From the IMG/VR virus record IMGVR_UViG_3300035670_000287, positions 1-52,635 of that record: a DNA stretch of 52,635 nt; one strand, written 5' to 3'. The stretch is from a virus. Taxonomy: Duplodnaviria > Caudoviricetes. Numbering within the stretch: the stretch's first letter is position 1; every line of letters starts with the position of its first letter. The translations under genes and the position numbers were made by a program. The notes under the pieces were generated by a model. That model was not told where the DNA came from. It saw only the letters and a list, made by a program, of their open reading frames with translations, and did no database searches. Of this stretch, positions 27,794 through 37,773 are shown one piece after another.

Positions 27794-28593
27794 AAAGCCC
27801 AAAATTCTCTGTGATTTGTCCAGTCTATAGCGAGCCAACAGGCAACTTCAACCGCAAGCTGACTATCAGCCGTGCCATTAGAAGCATTTTAAATCAACAA
27901 TACCACGACTGGGAATTAATCTTGGTCAACGACGGCTCTCGGGACGAAATGCCTGAGATTTTGGATGAATGGGCAAAACATGATAATAGAATTAAAGTGT
28001 TCCACCAGCCCCCCTTAAACCGTGCCGTCGCCCGAAATAGAGGGATGGATGAAGCCACAGGCGAGTGGATATGCTGGCTGGACTCTGACGATGAGTATGT
28101 CTCCCACTACCTGCGAGCGATGGACAGAGCCATCACCGACTTACCTGAATACAACATTTTTAACTTTGAATCAATTATTTACTACCCCGACCACCACAGC
28201 CTTATCAGACCAGCCTTCAAGCCGAAGATAGAAGACGAAGGCCACGAATACTTTAGAAGTGGGCACATTGCAACGGGTAGCTTTATCTTTAGACGGGAGC
28301 TCTGGGCGAGCGACCCCAAATACCGTATCCCCGATGAATCCTCTCCTTACGGTTTTGCCGCCGCCAGTGGCTTCGATATGAGGTTCGGGGAAAACCACCC
28401 CGACGTCGAACCACCATCAGAAGGAGCTTTCACCGACCACAAGCTCAGGGTCGGGATATCTCTGGGCAATCCGTGGGGTGATGACTTCCTCCAGTTCTAC
28501 TATTTAACCAGAGATAACATCTCCAAGGCCTTGGATATCGCCCTCTACATCCAATACCCCAGAAGTAGTGAAGATGGATACGAACACTTCTAA
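27790..28593 (+). CDS. GT2 (GT-A) glycosyltransferase
   Basis: SVICPVY, VNDGSRD, ARNRG, WLDSDD. Confidence 0.9.
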   Translation: MKSPKFSVICPVYSEPTGNFNRKLTISRAIRSILNQQYHDWELILVNDGSRDEMPEILDEWAKHDNRIKVFHQPPLNRAVARNRGMDEATGEWICWLDSDDEYVSHYLRAMDRAITDLPEYNIFNFESIIYYPDHHSLIRPAFKPKIEDEGHEYFRSGHIATGSFIFRRELWASDPKYRIPDESSPYGFAAASGFDMRFGENHPDVEPPSEGAFTDHKLRVGISLGNPWGDDFLQFYYLTRDNISKALDIALYIQYPRSSEDGYEHF

Positions 28594-28606
28594 AATCGAT
28601 ATAGTT

Positions 28607-29083
28607 TTAATGCCTACTTTTCCAGTGCCAGTAGGTATCATAGTGTTTTCGACAAAGTCCTATTTTCTTAGTCGTTGGCTGTTTACATATTTGACAAATA
28701 CCATTATTTTTTGGTTTAAATTTATTCCAATCAAAAACTCTCGGTCTGTTGTTATGAAAAAGAGAAACATGGTTGCCTTGGTCTGTAATAATAAGATTGC
28801 CAAGAGAGTTATTCAATCTATCCCCATCTTTATGATGAACTTTTTCATTTCTATCAAGTTTTCTACCAATAGCTTTTTCAATAATGTAGCGATGTTCAAA
28901 AATTCTCTCTCCATTTATTGTAAGTTTTTTATATCCATCATGAAAACAACCAGAACCTTTTGGCCTGTTCATAAGGGGATAGTCGTTGAGTTTTCCCTTA
29001 TGTTTAACATAATCAAAGTGTTTTTGGCACAAATACCTACCAACAAGTTTTTCTTTAGAGCAATCTTCAAATATACATTTCAT
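28607..29083 (-). CDS. HNH homing endonuclease, antisense within the operon
   Basis: EHRYIIEKAIGR..VHHKDGDRLNN. Confidence 0.85.
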   Translation of the reverse strand: MKCIFEDCSKEKLVGRYLCQKHFDYVKHKGKLNDYPLMNRPKGSGCFHDGYKKLTINGERIFEHRYIIEKAIGRKLDRNEKVHHKDGDRLNNSLGNLIITDQGNHVSLFHNNRPRVFDWNKFKPKNNGICQICKQPTTKKIGLCRKHYDTYWHWKSRH

Positions 29084-29097
29084 AAGGGAAGTATACT

Positions 29098-29862
29098 ATG
29101 TCGTCAATAGAAAGTAAAGAGCCAACTTCAATAGTAATGACAGTATGGAATCGTCCCCAGATGAGCGAGCGGACAATCAAACACTTAGCCTTGGTCACCT
29201 CAACCCCTTCCAGACTAATTGTCGTCGATGACGGCTCAGACCGAGAGACCAACACTATGTTACAGAGATTGAAACGGGAGGGTTTTATTGATACTCTGAT
29301 TCGCAACAAATACAACATCGGGCTAGAACCATCTAAGAACCTCGGTTTACAGGCGGTCAAGTCCGATTATTTTATTTCCACCGATAATGACTGCTTACCA
29401 GAATACCCCAGGAAAGACGACTGGCTGGCCAAACTAATACACCTGATGGATATGAACCCAGGCTACGGAGCGATTGCCTGCAGGACGCAAGTAATGATAG
29501 GGACGGGGAATATCTTTGAACAAGCCGATGAGACAGGAGAACCCCTAGTCGACTTCCCTCATCCAGGCGGTTCGGTCAGAATCATGCAACGAAAACTGAT
29601 TACTAGAATCGGTGGCTGGCGAGACTGGGTAGAATCCAGAGGGTCAGAAGAAAAACACATCGGCGGCAAGTTAAGAGAGATTGGCTTCAGGTCAGCCTTT
29701 GCGACTCATGTCCGTTGCTACCACATGTTCGGCGATGACGCCAACTGGGGCTACGGCACGCTTGAACCAGAGAAACATGGTCACACCCCTATCTGGCATC
29801 CAGCTATTCAAAACGGCGATGATGAAGGGGATATCGAGAGGTGGCTCAAACATGAGGAATAG
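29098..29862 (+). CDS. GT2 glycosyltransferase
   Basis: VVDDGSD, N.GL..KN.G, TDND. Confidence 0.85.
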   Translation: MSSIESKEPTSIVMTVWNRPQMSERTIKHLALVTSTPSRLIVVDDGSDRETNTMLQRLKREGFIDTLIRNKYNIGLEPSKNLGLQAVKSDYFISTDNDCLPEYPRKDDWLAKLIHLMDMNPGYGAIACRTQVMIGTGNIFEQADETGEPLVDFPHPGGSVRIMQRKLITRIGGWRDWVESRGSEEKHIGGKLREIGFRSAFATHVRCYHMFGDDANWGYGTLEPEKHGHTPIWHPAIQNGDDEGDIERWLKHEE

Positions 29863-30955
29863 ACGCATTTTAAAACTAAAGGAAATCCACCTACCAGAAG
29901 TCGAAATCAAGATGATGGGCGACTTTAAGACTGGGGAGGGCTTTTGGAGTTTCATCCTACAGCACGACAAGCTAGAAGAAATCTACGGCAAGAAATTTCT
30001 AGCTTTAAAGATTTTCCGCCACGCCAAACCCGCTAAGATAGAGAACGTTTGGTGGGGAGGAGAAGGCTGCGAGAACGCTACCAAGTTGATAGAAGCCACC
30101 GTTATTAAGAACATCTACGCCCTAGACGGGCTGGCTCCTAAAGTCCACGATATCGTCGATGTCCATACCAAGAACCACTCCATAACCAAAGCACAGGTAG
30201 TAGAGTACGGCGGGGAGAGAGTAGAAGAAGGAGAACTCCCTAGGGGGTATCTGGACTTCCTTATCAACTACGGCAAGAAGCATCACATCTACGCCTGCCC
30301 CGAGCCCAGAGGAGAGAACGTCGTCGGCGGGAAGTATGTCGACTTCCAAGGCTGGAGGTTCACCGATAAGAAGGCCTATGAACAAGACCTAAAAGACCGC
30401 CTCAGTGAGTTTGTCTATTGGGGGCCGCCAGGAGTCTACCAGACTATCCCAGGCTTTATGGACGGACGCAGGAATACCGAGTATCGCATCAAACAACTAG
30501 GATTGGATAAGATAGACTTTAAAGGCAAGACGGTCTTAGATATTGGCTGTTCGGCAGGGGTGTTTTGCCACTATGCCATGAACCGTGGAGCAAAGAGAGT
30601 CATTGGCCTAGAAACCCCAGAGATAGCCAGAGTCGCTCAGGAACTCGCCAACTACCTCTACTACTGGCCACTAGACTTCTACGGGATTGATTTAAAGACC
30701 GCCACCTATAAGGACATCGTCGAGCTAACAGGCTTTGAAGAGTTTGATATTGTCTTCTTCCTCTCGATGGGGATGCACATAAACTATCCCGACTACGTTT
30801 CTAAGCTAACCAAAGAGACCCTAGTCTACGAAGGCAACCAACGACCCCAAGACCTCATCTGCCAGGAACAGATAACCAAAGATTTTAAAAAAATAAAAGT
30901 GTTGGAAAACACTACCGATTTATTGGAAAGGCCAGTATGGATAGCGAAAAAGTAA
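29852..30955 (+). CDS. Kinase-like plus class I SAM methyltransferase fusion
   Basis: ALKIF, GLAPKV, ENV..VDF at the N-terminus; VLDIGCSAG at the C-terminus. Confidence 0.7.
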   Translation: MRNRRILKLKEIHLPEVEIKMMGDFKTGEGFWSFILQHDKLEEIYGKKFLALKIFRHAKPAKIENVWWGGEGCENATKLIEATVIKNIYALDGLAPKVHDIVDVHTKNHSITKAQVVEYGGERVEEGELPRGYLDFLINYGKKHHIYACPEPRGENVVGGKYVDFQGWRFTDKKAYEQDLKDRLSEFVYWGPPGVYQTIPGFMDGRRNTEYRIKQLGLDKIDFKGKTVLDIGCSAGVFCHYAMNRGAKRVIGLETPEIARVAQELANYLYYWPLDFYGIDLKTATYKDIVELTGFEEFDIVFFLSMGMHINYPDYVSKLTKETLVYEGNQRPQDLICQEQITKDFKKIKVLENTTDLLERPVWIAKK

Positions 30956-31500
30956 AGTACGATAAAACCCAAGAGAAACTCTACGTTTACTGGAACGAAC
31001 TCTTTGACACCCACGGAGGATATATGCTCCCTGCGGGCACGAACGAGTATGCTATTTTAAGAGACCTCCTACTGGCCTTTATCCGAGACGGAGAGTCTGT
31101 CCTTGATTTAGGCTGTGCCTCTGGCGGAACGTATGACTGGATACTAGACCGAGAAAGAGACGTTGAATACAAAGGGACTGACTTCGCCGATAAGTTTGTT
31201 AAGGCTAATCAGGAACGCCACCCAGATATTTTATGGGAGGTAGAGGACTGCCGAGAATTAAATGAAGAAGACGGTAGTTTTGATGTCGTCATCTTATATG
31301 ATGTCCTGGACGGACTTGTCGGCTGGGAGCAAGCCCTGGACGAAGCCTACCGAGTCGCCAGGAAGAGAGTTCTAGTGATGATGTGGTGTGACCCTGCGAT
31401 GGACGACAAGCGAGCCTATATGGAAAAGTTCGGCACGGTCACCGATATTAAGGTAGAAGGTAATGTCCACTTCCACCGACTGTTAGTGGGGCTTAAATGA
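30937..31500 (+). CDS. Class I SAM methyltransferase
   Basis: VLDLGCASG, FDVV, EAYRVAR. Confidence 0.85.
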   Translation: MDSEKVKYDKTQEKLYVYWNELFDTHGGYMLPAGTNEYAILRDLLLAFIRDGESVLDLGCASGGTYDWILDRERDVEYKGTDFADKFVKANQERHPDILWEVEDCRELNEEDGSFDVVILYDVLDGLVGWEQALDEAYRVARKRVLVMMWCDPAMDDKRAYMEKFGTVTDIKVEGNVHFHRLLVGLK

Positions 31501-31572
31501 ACCTAGAGATAATCTTAATGGTAATCTTTATGATTTTAGAAATAATCTTTTTAATTATATTAGGAGGCAGAA

Positions 31573-32109
31573 TTGTTCATTAATCTTGGGTGCGGCAACA
31601 ACCCTTTACCAAAGCCGTGGCATAACATTGATAAATACTACTACCCAGGAACCGAGGAGATGAACCGAGCTGACGGTAACCCTGAAGACTTTGACTGGGA
31701 GCAGGGTGATTTTACTGACCTCTCTAAATGGGAAGACAACTCCGTAGATAGAGTTAATATCTGCCACGCCCTTGAACACGTCGGTTATCACGACGCCCAG
31801 AAAGCCCTAAGAGAAATATATCGTGTCCTCAAGCCAGGAGGAGATGTCGAGATAGAAGTCCCCGACCTGGATGTTATCTTCCAAGGAGTCATAGATGGAG
31901 CCTTCACCTATGAGAACATGATTGACTTGGTCTACGGGGGACAAGACAACAATGTCTATTGGGGTGGTCACTTCTGTGGCTTTACTAAGAATATGTTATT
32001 AAATGAGATGGAACGAGTCGGCTTTAAAGATATAGAATCAAGAGATGTCGGCTTCGGCACCTCCAAGCCTGAACCAGATAGAAACTTTAGATTAAGGGGT
32101 ATTAAATGA
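31573..32109 (+). CDS. Class I SAM methyltransferase
   Basis: NLGCG, HALEH, RVLKPGG. Confidence 0.85.
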   Translation: MFINLGCGNNPLPKPWHNIDKYYYPGTEEMNRADGNPEDFDWEQGDFTDLSKWEDNSVDRVNICHALEHVGYHDAQKALREIYRVLKPGGDVEIEVPDLDVIFQGVIDGAFTYENMIDLVYGGQDNNVYWGGHFCGFTKNMLLNEMERVGFKDIESRDVGFGTSKPEPDRNFRLRGIK

Positions 32110-32693
32110 TTTGTGTTGATTACGATGATTTTGGTTATGAGCACGACTGTCGGATGGAGCTGGAAAAACTCAAAGAAATCAATCCGAAGTTTAAAGTTAC
32201 CCTCTTTACTATCCCCGCCTTAACGACGATAGAGATGCTCCGCTGGGCTTCCGATAACGACTACTGGGTAGAGATAGCTCAACACGGCTGGAACCACCAC
32301 TCCAACTATGAGTGTGCCAACTGGACTTATGATGAGTGCTGTAAAGCCCTCCACGACGGCATCTTACTGGGAGCCAAAGGTTTCAAAGCCCCTGGCTGGC
32401 AAATCTCCGATGACTGCTATCTGGCCTTGAGAGACTATGGCTACTGGGTATCAGACCAATCATATAACGACGGCAGAAGACCACCAGAGCTCCCCGCCTA
32501 CTGTTTAATGGCTGACGGGACGTTCAGGTTCAGAAAAGGGCAAGTCGATGTCCCCGTAGAGGCCTATCACGGTCATACCTGGTCGTGTAATTGTGGGAAC
32601 GGAATAGATGAGGATTGGAATAATATATCACAACTAGTTAAAGAACATAGTGATTTTAAATTTATTAGCGAGATAGTTTATGAAAACAGTTAA
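32106..32693 (+). CDS. Polysaccharide deacetylase-like (NodB fold)
   Basis: DD, HGWNH, FKAPGW, HGH. Confidence 0.8.
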   Translation: MICVDYDDFGYEHDCRMELEKLKEINPKFKVTLFTIPALTTIEMLRWASDNDYWVEIAQHGWNHHSNYECANWTYDECCKALHDGILLGAKGFKAPGWQISDDCYLALRDYGYWVSDQSYNDGRRPPELPAYCLMADGTFRFRKGQVDVPVEAYHGHTWSCNCGNGIDEDWNNISQLVKEHSDFKFISEIVYENS

Positions 32694-33150
32694 ATTAACA
32701 CAAAATAAACGTGCGATAGTTGACGATGAAGATTTTTATTTTATTAATCAATACAAGTGGCACTTTAATGGACGATATGCAGTTAGAAATAATCCGCCTC
32801 GTGGCAGTAAACTAATTAGAATGCACCGCATTATTGCGGATGCTCCAGATGGGGTTGAAGTAGACCACATCAACGGTGACAGACTTGATAATAGAAAATC
32901 TAATTTACGATTATGTAATCATTCAGAAAATGGGAAAAACATATCCATTAGCAAAATAAACACATCTGGGTATAAAGGAGTAAGCAAAAATGGTAACTGC
33001 TGGAGAGCGAGAATAAGGGTTGACGGTAAATTAATCAGTCTGGGATATTTTAGGGAAAAGACAGACGCAGCGATGGCCTATAATCATGCGGCCAAAAAGT
33101 ATTTTGGAGAATTTGCTAAATTAAACGAAATAGAAAATGTTCATTCATAA
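32680..33150 (+). CDS. HNH-AP2 homing endonuclease, paralog of 27332
   Basis: MHRII..DHINGDRLDNRKSNLR; AAKKYFGEFA. Confidence 0.9.
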   Translation: MKTVKLTQNKRAIVDDEDFYFINQYKWHFNGRYAVRNNPPRGSKLIRMHRIIADAPDGVEVDHINGDRLDNRKSNLRLCNHSENGKNISISKINTSGYKGVSKNGNCWRARIRVDGKLISLGYFREKTDAAMAYNHAAKKYFGEFAKLNEIENVHS

Positions 33151-33292
33151 ATGTAGCAGTTGTAAGAAAGAGACACAGTGGCTGGAACTAACCTGGAATA
33201 ACGCAGGCTATCAGTACCTCTACCACCAATGTGCCAAGTGCGGGCGACAGGTCTTCGTTAAGAAGACCCCACTACCGAGGGGCTGGAGATGA
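33137..33292 (+). CDS. Zinc-ribbon microprotein (51 aa, not in ORF track)
   Basis: CSSC...CAKC; ATGA coupling to the next gene. Confidence 0.6.
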   Translation: MFIHKCSSCKKETQWLELTWNNAGYQYLYHQCAKCGRQVFVKKTPLPRGWR

Positions 33293-33648
33293 AGAAGAAA
33301 GATTATAAGAAGTTAGCGATTAAAAAGGCAAAAACGATTGCCAAAGAAAGGGCAGGATATGTATGCGAAAAATGTGGACGGAGTAAAGAAGAAGGCTGGC
33401 AGATACACGGGGCTCACATCATACCCGTCAGGTACGGGCATACGGCGGCTAACCCTGACAACATCATCAGTCTTTGTGGAAAATGCCATAGCCTGGGAAG
33501 GGAGTCAGCCCATGAAAATCCGACAGTATTCACCCACTGGCTCGACGCTAAATATCCTGGTCGAGCAGACGAGATGTGGAAACTAGCACAACCGACAGAT
33601 AAAGTAGATTGGAAGGAGATATATGAGAATCTTAGTAACAGGGAGTAG
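33289..33648 (+). CDS. NinG/Rap-like HNH nuclease
   Basis: CEKCG..AHII..DN..LCGKCH. Confidence 0.65.
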   Translation: MKKKDYKKLAIKKAKTIAKERAGYVCEKCGRSKEEGWQIHGAHIIPVRYGHTAANPDNIISLCGKCHSLGRESAHENPTVFTHWLDAKYPGRADEMWKLAQPTDKVDWKEIYENLSNRE

Positions 33649-34483
33649 AGGTTTTGTAGGGACAGAAACAGTTAAACTCTTGGAAGAGAAAGGCCACGAG
33701 ATTATTCACTATGACCTAATGGACGGCTTTGATATCTCAGATAAGGCACAACTTTTAGATATGATGATAGAGGCTGACCGTGTCTTACACCTCGCTGCCA
33801 TAGCCAGATTTGAAGACTGTGACCGAAACCCCAAACTAGCCTACGAAACCAACATCAGTGGAACTAAAAACGTCTCAGAGGTCGCCAGGGAATACCACAT
33901 CCCCATTGTCTATGCCTCAACAGGTTCCTGCTATATGCCCATCATCCAAGAGCCACCAATAACCGAAGACTTTAAAACCAGAGGGAACTCCGTCTACGGC
34001 TGTTCCAAAGCTGTAGCTGAGAAGTATATAGAAGAAGTCAACCCTCACATTATATTAAGATACGCCCACCTCTACGGGAAAGAGAAACGCTACCACGGAC
34101 TAATCGGCAACTTCATCGGCAGGATAAACAAAGGCTTAAAGCCCGAGCTCTACGGTGGGAGTCAGTCTAACGATTTTTGTTACATTAAAGACATCGCCCA
34201 AGCCAACCTCCTCGCCCTGACCGCTCCGTGGGATAAGTGGAACCAAGTCTATAACATCGGCTCAGGCGAAGAGATAACCGCCGAAGAAGCCACCGCCACC
34301 CTAGCAGAAGTCACGGGCTATGTCGGGCAGTTTGACGTTACCAGAAAAAGAAGCGTCGACCCAGAGAGATTCGTCTACGACATCTCCAAGGCCAAGACGA
34401 TGCTTAAATACCAACCCAAATACACTTTCGAGCGAGGCTTGAAAGATATGAATATAGAGGAAGAATTATGCTTAGTGTCCTAA
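33623..34483 (+). CDS. NAD-dependent NDP-sugar epimerase/dehydratase
   Basis: TGSRGFVG, HLAA, YGCSK. Confidence 0.9.
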   Translation: MRILVTGSRGFVGTETVKLLEEKGHEIIHYDLMDGFDISDKAQLLDMMIEADRVLHLAAIARFEDCDRNPKLAYETNISGTKNVSEVAREYHIPIVYASTGSCYMPIIQEPPITEDFKTRGNSVYGCSKAVAEKYIEEVNPHIILRYAHLYGKEKRYHGLIGNFIGRINKGLKPELYGGSQSNDFCYIKDIAQANLLALTAPWDKWNQVYNIGSGEEITAEEATATLAEVTGYVGQFDVTRKRSVDPERFVYDISKAKTMLKYQPKYTFERGLKDMNIEEELCLVS

Positions 34484-35208
34484 TTCCATCTACTCCAAAA
34501 ACAAAAAAGTACCTTGACTTTTGTATTTCATCTATTGAAAAAAACACAACTGTTCCGTTTGAAATCCTAGTAGGTGAGAATGGTAAGGACACGAATTACC
34601 CCCAAGGCCAGTGTGCCGCTGTCAATCGGATAGCCAAAGAAGCCAAGGGGGATTGGTTTTTAATCTCCAATGACGATATGTACTACCCCCCGAACTGGGA
34701 CAAACACCTCATCTACCCCTCAGAGTGTTTATCCCTGAACGCTAACTTTACCTGGGACGCTGTGCCTGGGTTGAATCACCCCGTCCTCAAAGCAGGAGAT
34801 ACGATTGAATCTTTTAATCAGGAACTAGCAGATGACTGTCACCCAGAACCGATAGTGGAGAACGGCTTCACTTTTCCGATAATCTTATCCCGTAGGCTCT
34901 GGGAGCTAGTCGGTGGGTATGATGAGATGTACGACCCCTGGAGTTCCAACTCCGACTCTGACTTGGAATACAAATGTATCCTCGCTGGTATCCAACCGAA
35001 AGTTTTACGGGGGGTCTTTGTCTACCACTTCGGGATGAAGTCAGGAACATTCGACCCCGACCAACAAGTCTACTGGCAGAAGAACTGGGACTACTTCAAT
35101 GAGAAGTGGGGCTTCTCCCGAGTCGATACACCGTTTATTCAGAAAGCTGACGTTCAAATAGATACGCAAAAATTAAAACATAAACCGAAATGGAGTGTAT
35201 ATGAATAA
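34468..35208 (+). CDS. GT2 glycosyltransferase
   Basis: ISNDD, VGGYDE, DSDL, VYHF. Confidence 0.8.
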   Translation: MLSVLIPSTPKTKKYLDFCISSIEKNTTVPFEILVGENGKDTNYPQGQCAAVNRIAKEAKGDWFLISNDDMYYPPNWDKHLIYPSECLSLNANFTWDAVPGLNHPVLKAGDTIESFNQELADDCHPEPIVENGFTFPIILSRRLWELVGGYDEMYDPWSSNSDSDLEYKCILAGIQPKVLRGVFVYHFGMKSGTFDPDQQVYWQKNWDYFNEKWGFSRVDTPFIQKADVQIDTQKLKHKPKWSVYE

Positions 35209-36211
35209 CATTGCTCTTATCACAGGATGCCTAGGTCAGGACGGAACCTACCTGGCGGAGATGCTCTTACAGAAAGGCTACGAAGTCCACGGCCTGATTA
35301 GAAGAACGAGCCAACCCAATCCCAGATTGAAATACCTAGAAGGAGTGACCCTCCACGAAGGCGATATCACCGACGCCATGAGCATCCACCGCATCATTGA
35401 TGAAGTCTGCCCAACCGAGATATACAACCTCGCTGCCCAGTCTCATGTCGGTACCAGTTTCGATATGCCAGAGTATACCATGAAGGTCAATGCAGGAGGG
35501 CTCCTGAACGTCTTAGAGGCCGTCAGACAGGACTTTCCTAAGTGTCGGGTATATCAGGCCTCCACAAGCGAACTCTACGGAAAAGCCCTGGAAACGCCTC
35601 AGAATGAAAATACCCCCTTTAACCCTATATCACCCTACGCCGTCTCCAAGCTCCACGCCCACGAGACTGCCAAGTACTATCGGGAGTACTATAATATCTT
35701 TGTTTCCTGCGGGATTCTCTTTAACCACGAGTCTCCGAGAAGGGGAGATGAGTTTGTCACCCAGAAGATAATTAAAGCCGCAGTCCGCATCGCTAAAGGA
35801 GAGCAGGAGAAGCTGGAACTGGGAGACCTTTCACCCAAGAGAGACTGGGGTGATGCCAGAGAATATGTCGAAGCGATGTGGCTGATGCTCCAAGACACCG
35901 AACCAGGAGATTACGTCATCGCTACTGGTGAGACCCACTCAGTCCGAGACTTTGTCCAAATCGCTTTCAGGATGGCAGGACTTAAAGACTACCGCAAATA
36001 CGTGGTCTCTACCGAAGCTAACAAGCGTCCAGCCGAAGTGATGGAACTAAAAGGGGATAATACCAAGTTTAGAAAACGAATGGGTTGGCACCCCAAGACC
36101 GATATAAAGGAATTAATTAAAGATATGATAGAAACGGAGAGAAATGGCGAAGAACGTTCTTATTACTGGGAGTGCGGGGTTCATCGGCAAGTCGTTACTC
36201 CAGGAGATTAG
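35195..36211 (+). CDS. gmd: GDP-mannose 4,6-dehydratase
   Basis: TGCLGQDGTYLA, NLAAQSHV, QASTSELYG, SPYAVSK, FNHESPRRG, RDWG. Confidence 0.95.
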   Translation: MYMNNIALITGCLGQDGTYLAEMLLQKGYEVHGLIRRTSQPNPRLKYLEGVTLHEGDITDAMSIHRIIDEVCPTEIYNLAAQSHVGTSFDMPEYTMKVNAGGLLNVLEAVRQDFPKCRVYQASTSELYGKALETPQNENTPFNPISPYAVSKLHAHETAKYYREYYNIFVSCGILFNHESPRRGDEFVTQKIIKAAVRIAKGEQEKLELGDLSPKRDWGDAREYVEAMWLMLQDTEPGDYVIATGETHSVRDFVQIAFRMAGLKDYRKYVVSTEANKRPAEVMELKGDNTKFRKRMGWHPKTDIKELIKDMIETERNGEERSYYWECGVHRQVVTPGD

Positions 36212-36857
36212 CGGCGACACGATGGACTTGGCCTGTGACCAAGACGTCTGTAACGGTATCGATGGTGAGTATAAGACCATTATCCACCTGGCAGCCTTTA
36301 TGGGCGACGAAGACAACCTATTAGAGAATAACATCAACTCAACTAGAGAGGTGGTCAATTACTGTAAGAAGAACGAGGCCAGACTTATCTTCACCTCCTC
36401 GGCGGCGGTCTATGGGAACGCTGGTATCTACCCCACTCCAGAACACCACCCCATATCTCCGATAAACGAATACGGCAGAAGCAAGGCTAAATGTGAAAAA
36501 ATAATAGAGCAAAATCTGTCAGACTATGTTATACTGAGGCTAGCAAATGTTTACCCCAAAGATGGAGGGGTAATCGGTAAATTCCAGAAAGGAGAACATG
36601 TTATCTTTGGCGATGGCACAAACGTTCGGGATTATATCCATATCGATACTGTTGTTGACAGTATCTTTTCTTGTCTTATCAACCCTATTGTTGGTACTTA
36701 TAATCTGGGTAGTGGGATTGGTAAATCGAACAATCAAATTTATAAGGAGTTCGGTACGGGAAAAGAACCCGTCTATGAAGTAGCACCCAGGGAAGAGATA
36801 AAGTTCTCTATCCTGGATTCAAAGAAATGGAGGCGAATTGAAAACAAATATAAATAA
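36144..36857 (+). CDS. NAD-dependent NDP-sugar epimerase/reductase
   Basis: TGSAGFIG, SSAAVYG, YGRSK. Confidence 0.85.
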   Translation: MAKNVLITGSAGFIGKSLLQEISGDTMDLACDQDVCNGIDGEYKTIIHLAAFMGDEDNLLENNINSTREVVNYCKKNEARLIFTSSAAVYGNAGIYPTPEHHPISPINEYGRSKAKCEKIIEQNLSDYVILRLANVYPKDGGVIGKFQKGEHVIFGDGTNVRDYIHIDTVVDSIFSCLINPIVGTYNLGSGIGKSNNQIYKEFGTGKEPVYEVAPREEIKFSILDSKKWRRIENKYK

Positions 36858-37773
36858 GATTATGGTCTATGGTAACTTCGGTAAGTCCTGGGACGGCAGT
36901 ATCTGTGACGAGAAGCACGTCTCTGATGCCCTAGCAGTGATGGGTTATACCGTTATTGAGTGTCAACGGGAGATGGGGATAGCCGAAGGTGAACCAGATT
37001 TAGTTATCGTCTCTCAGTGGAACGGCTACCAGAAGAACTTCATTGAAGAATTAAAGAAGAAATATAACTGCCCTGTTGTTTACTGGGCATTTGACTACCA
37101 GTGGGAAGCCCACGAAGACTGGCACTTTGAGATGGCCACCCAAGCAGACCTCTTTCTCTCACCCGAAATGGAACACGCCCACGAATACAAGGAGGCCAAG
37201 GCTAACTTTCAATGGCTACCCCAAGGCTTTGCCCCGATGTTTTTAGATAGAATAGACGACCCCACTATCATCAAGGAGCACGAAATCGTCTTTACTGGAA
37301 CTTATTTGCCCACAGGAGGCTTCAGGACGGACGTTTTGAAAAAAGTTGACTCCGAGTACCACCTAGATGTCTTTTCAATAACCCAAAATGAGTGGAAAGC
37401 CCAAGGACTGAAGAATGTCCACCCCCCTGTTTTGGACTATGACCTGCCCGACTTGGTTTCTAAGACTAAGATTACCCTCTCGGTCGACCTCTTTCCAGGT
37501 CGGGCTGGTTGTTGGTCAGACAGAAACGCTCAGGTAATGTCCTGCGGTGGTCTGGTCTTATACAAATACACCCCCTTGTCAGAAGAAGAGTTTGGTGATG
37601 GAGTAGTATACTTCAACACAATAGATGAATGTCTGTCAAGAATAGACTTCTTATTAAAGAATCCTGATGTTGCCAAGGAGATAGCAAAGACGGGCTATTT
37701 CATTGCGAAAACCCGTCTTTCCGCTTTGGCACGAGTTAAGAATTTGATAACCATAATCGAGAACATATTATGA
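36838..37773 (+). CDS. GT-B glycosyltransferase (CgeB-like)
   Basis: IVFTG, SDR...SCGG, LLKNP pattern. Confidence 0.75.
   Translation: MKTNINKIMVYGNFGKSWDGSICDEKHVSDALAVMGYTVIECQREMGIAEGEPDLVIVSQWNGYQKNFIEELKKKYNCPVVYWAFDYQWEAHEDWHFEMATQADLFLSPEMEHAHEYKEAKANFQWLPQGFAPMFLDRIDDPTIIKEHEIVFTGTYLPTGGFRTDVLKKVDSEYHLDVFSITQNEWKAQGLKNVHPPVLDYDLPDLVSKTKITLSVDLFPGRAGCWSDRNAQVMSCGGLVLYKYTPLSEEEFGDGVVYFNTIDECLSRIDFLLKNPDVAKEIAKTGYFIAKTRLSALARVKNLITIIENIL

Noticed and set aside
28568-29110. 180-aa plus-strand ORF
   Set aside because: Antisense shadow of the HNH gene at 28607-29083
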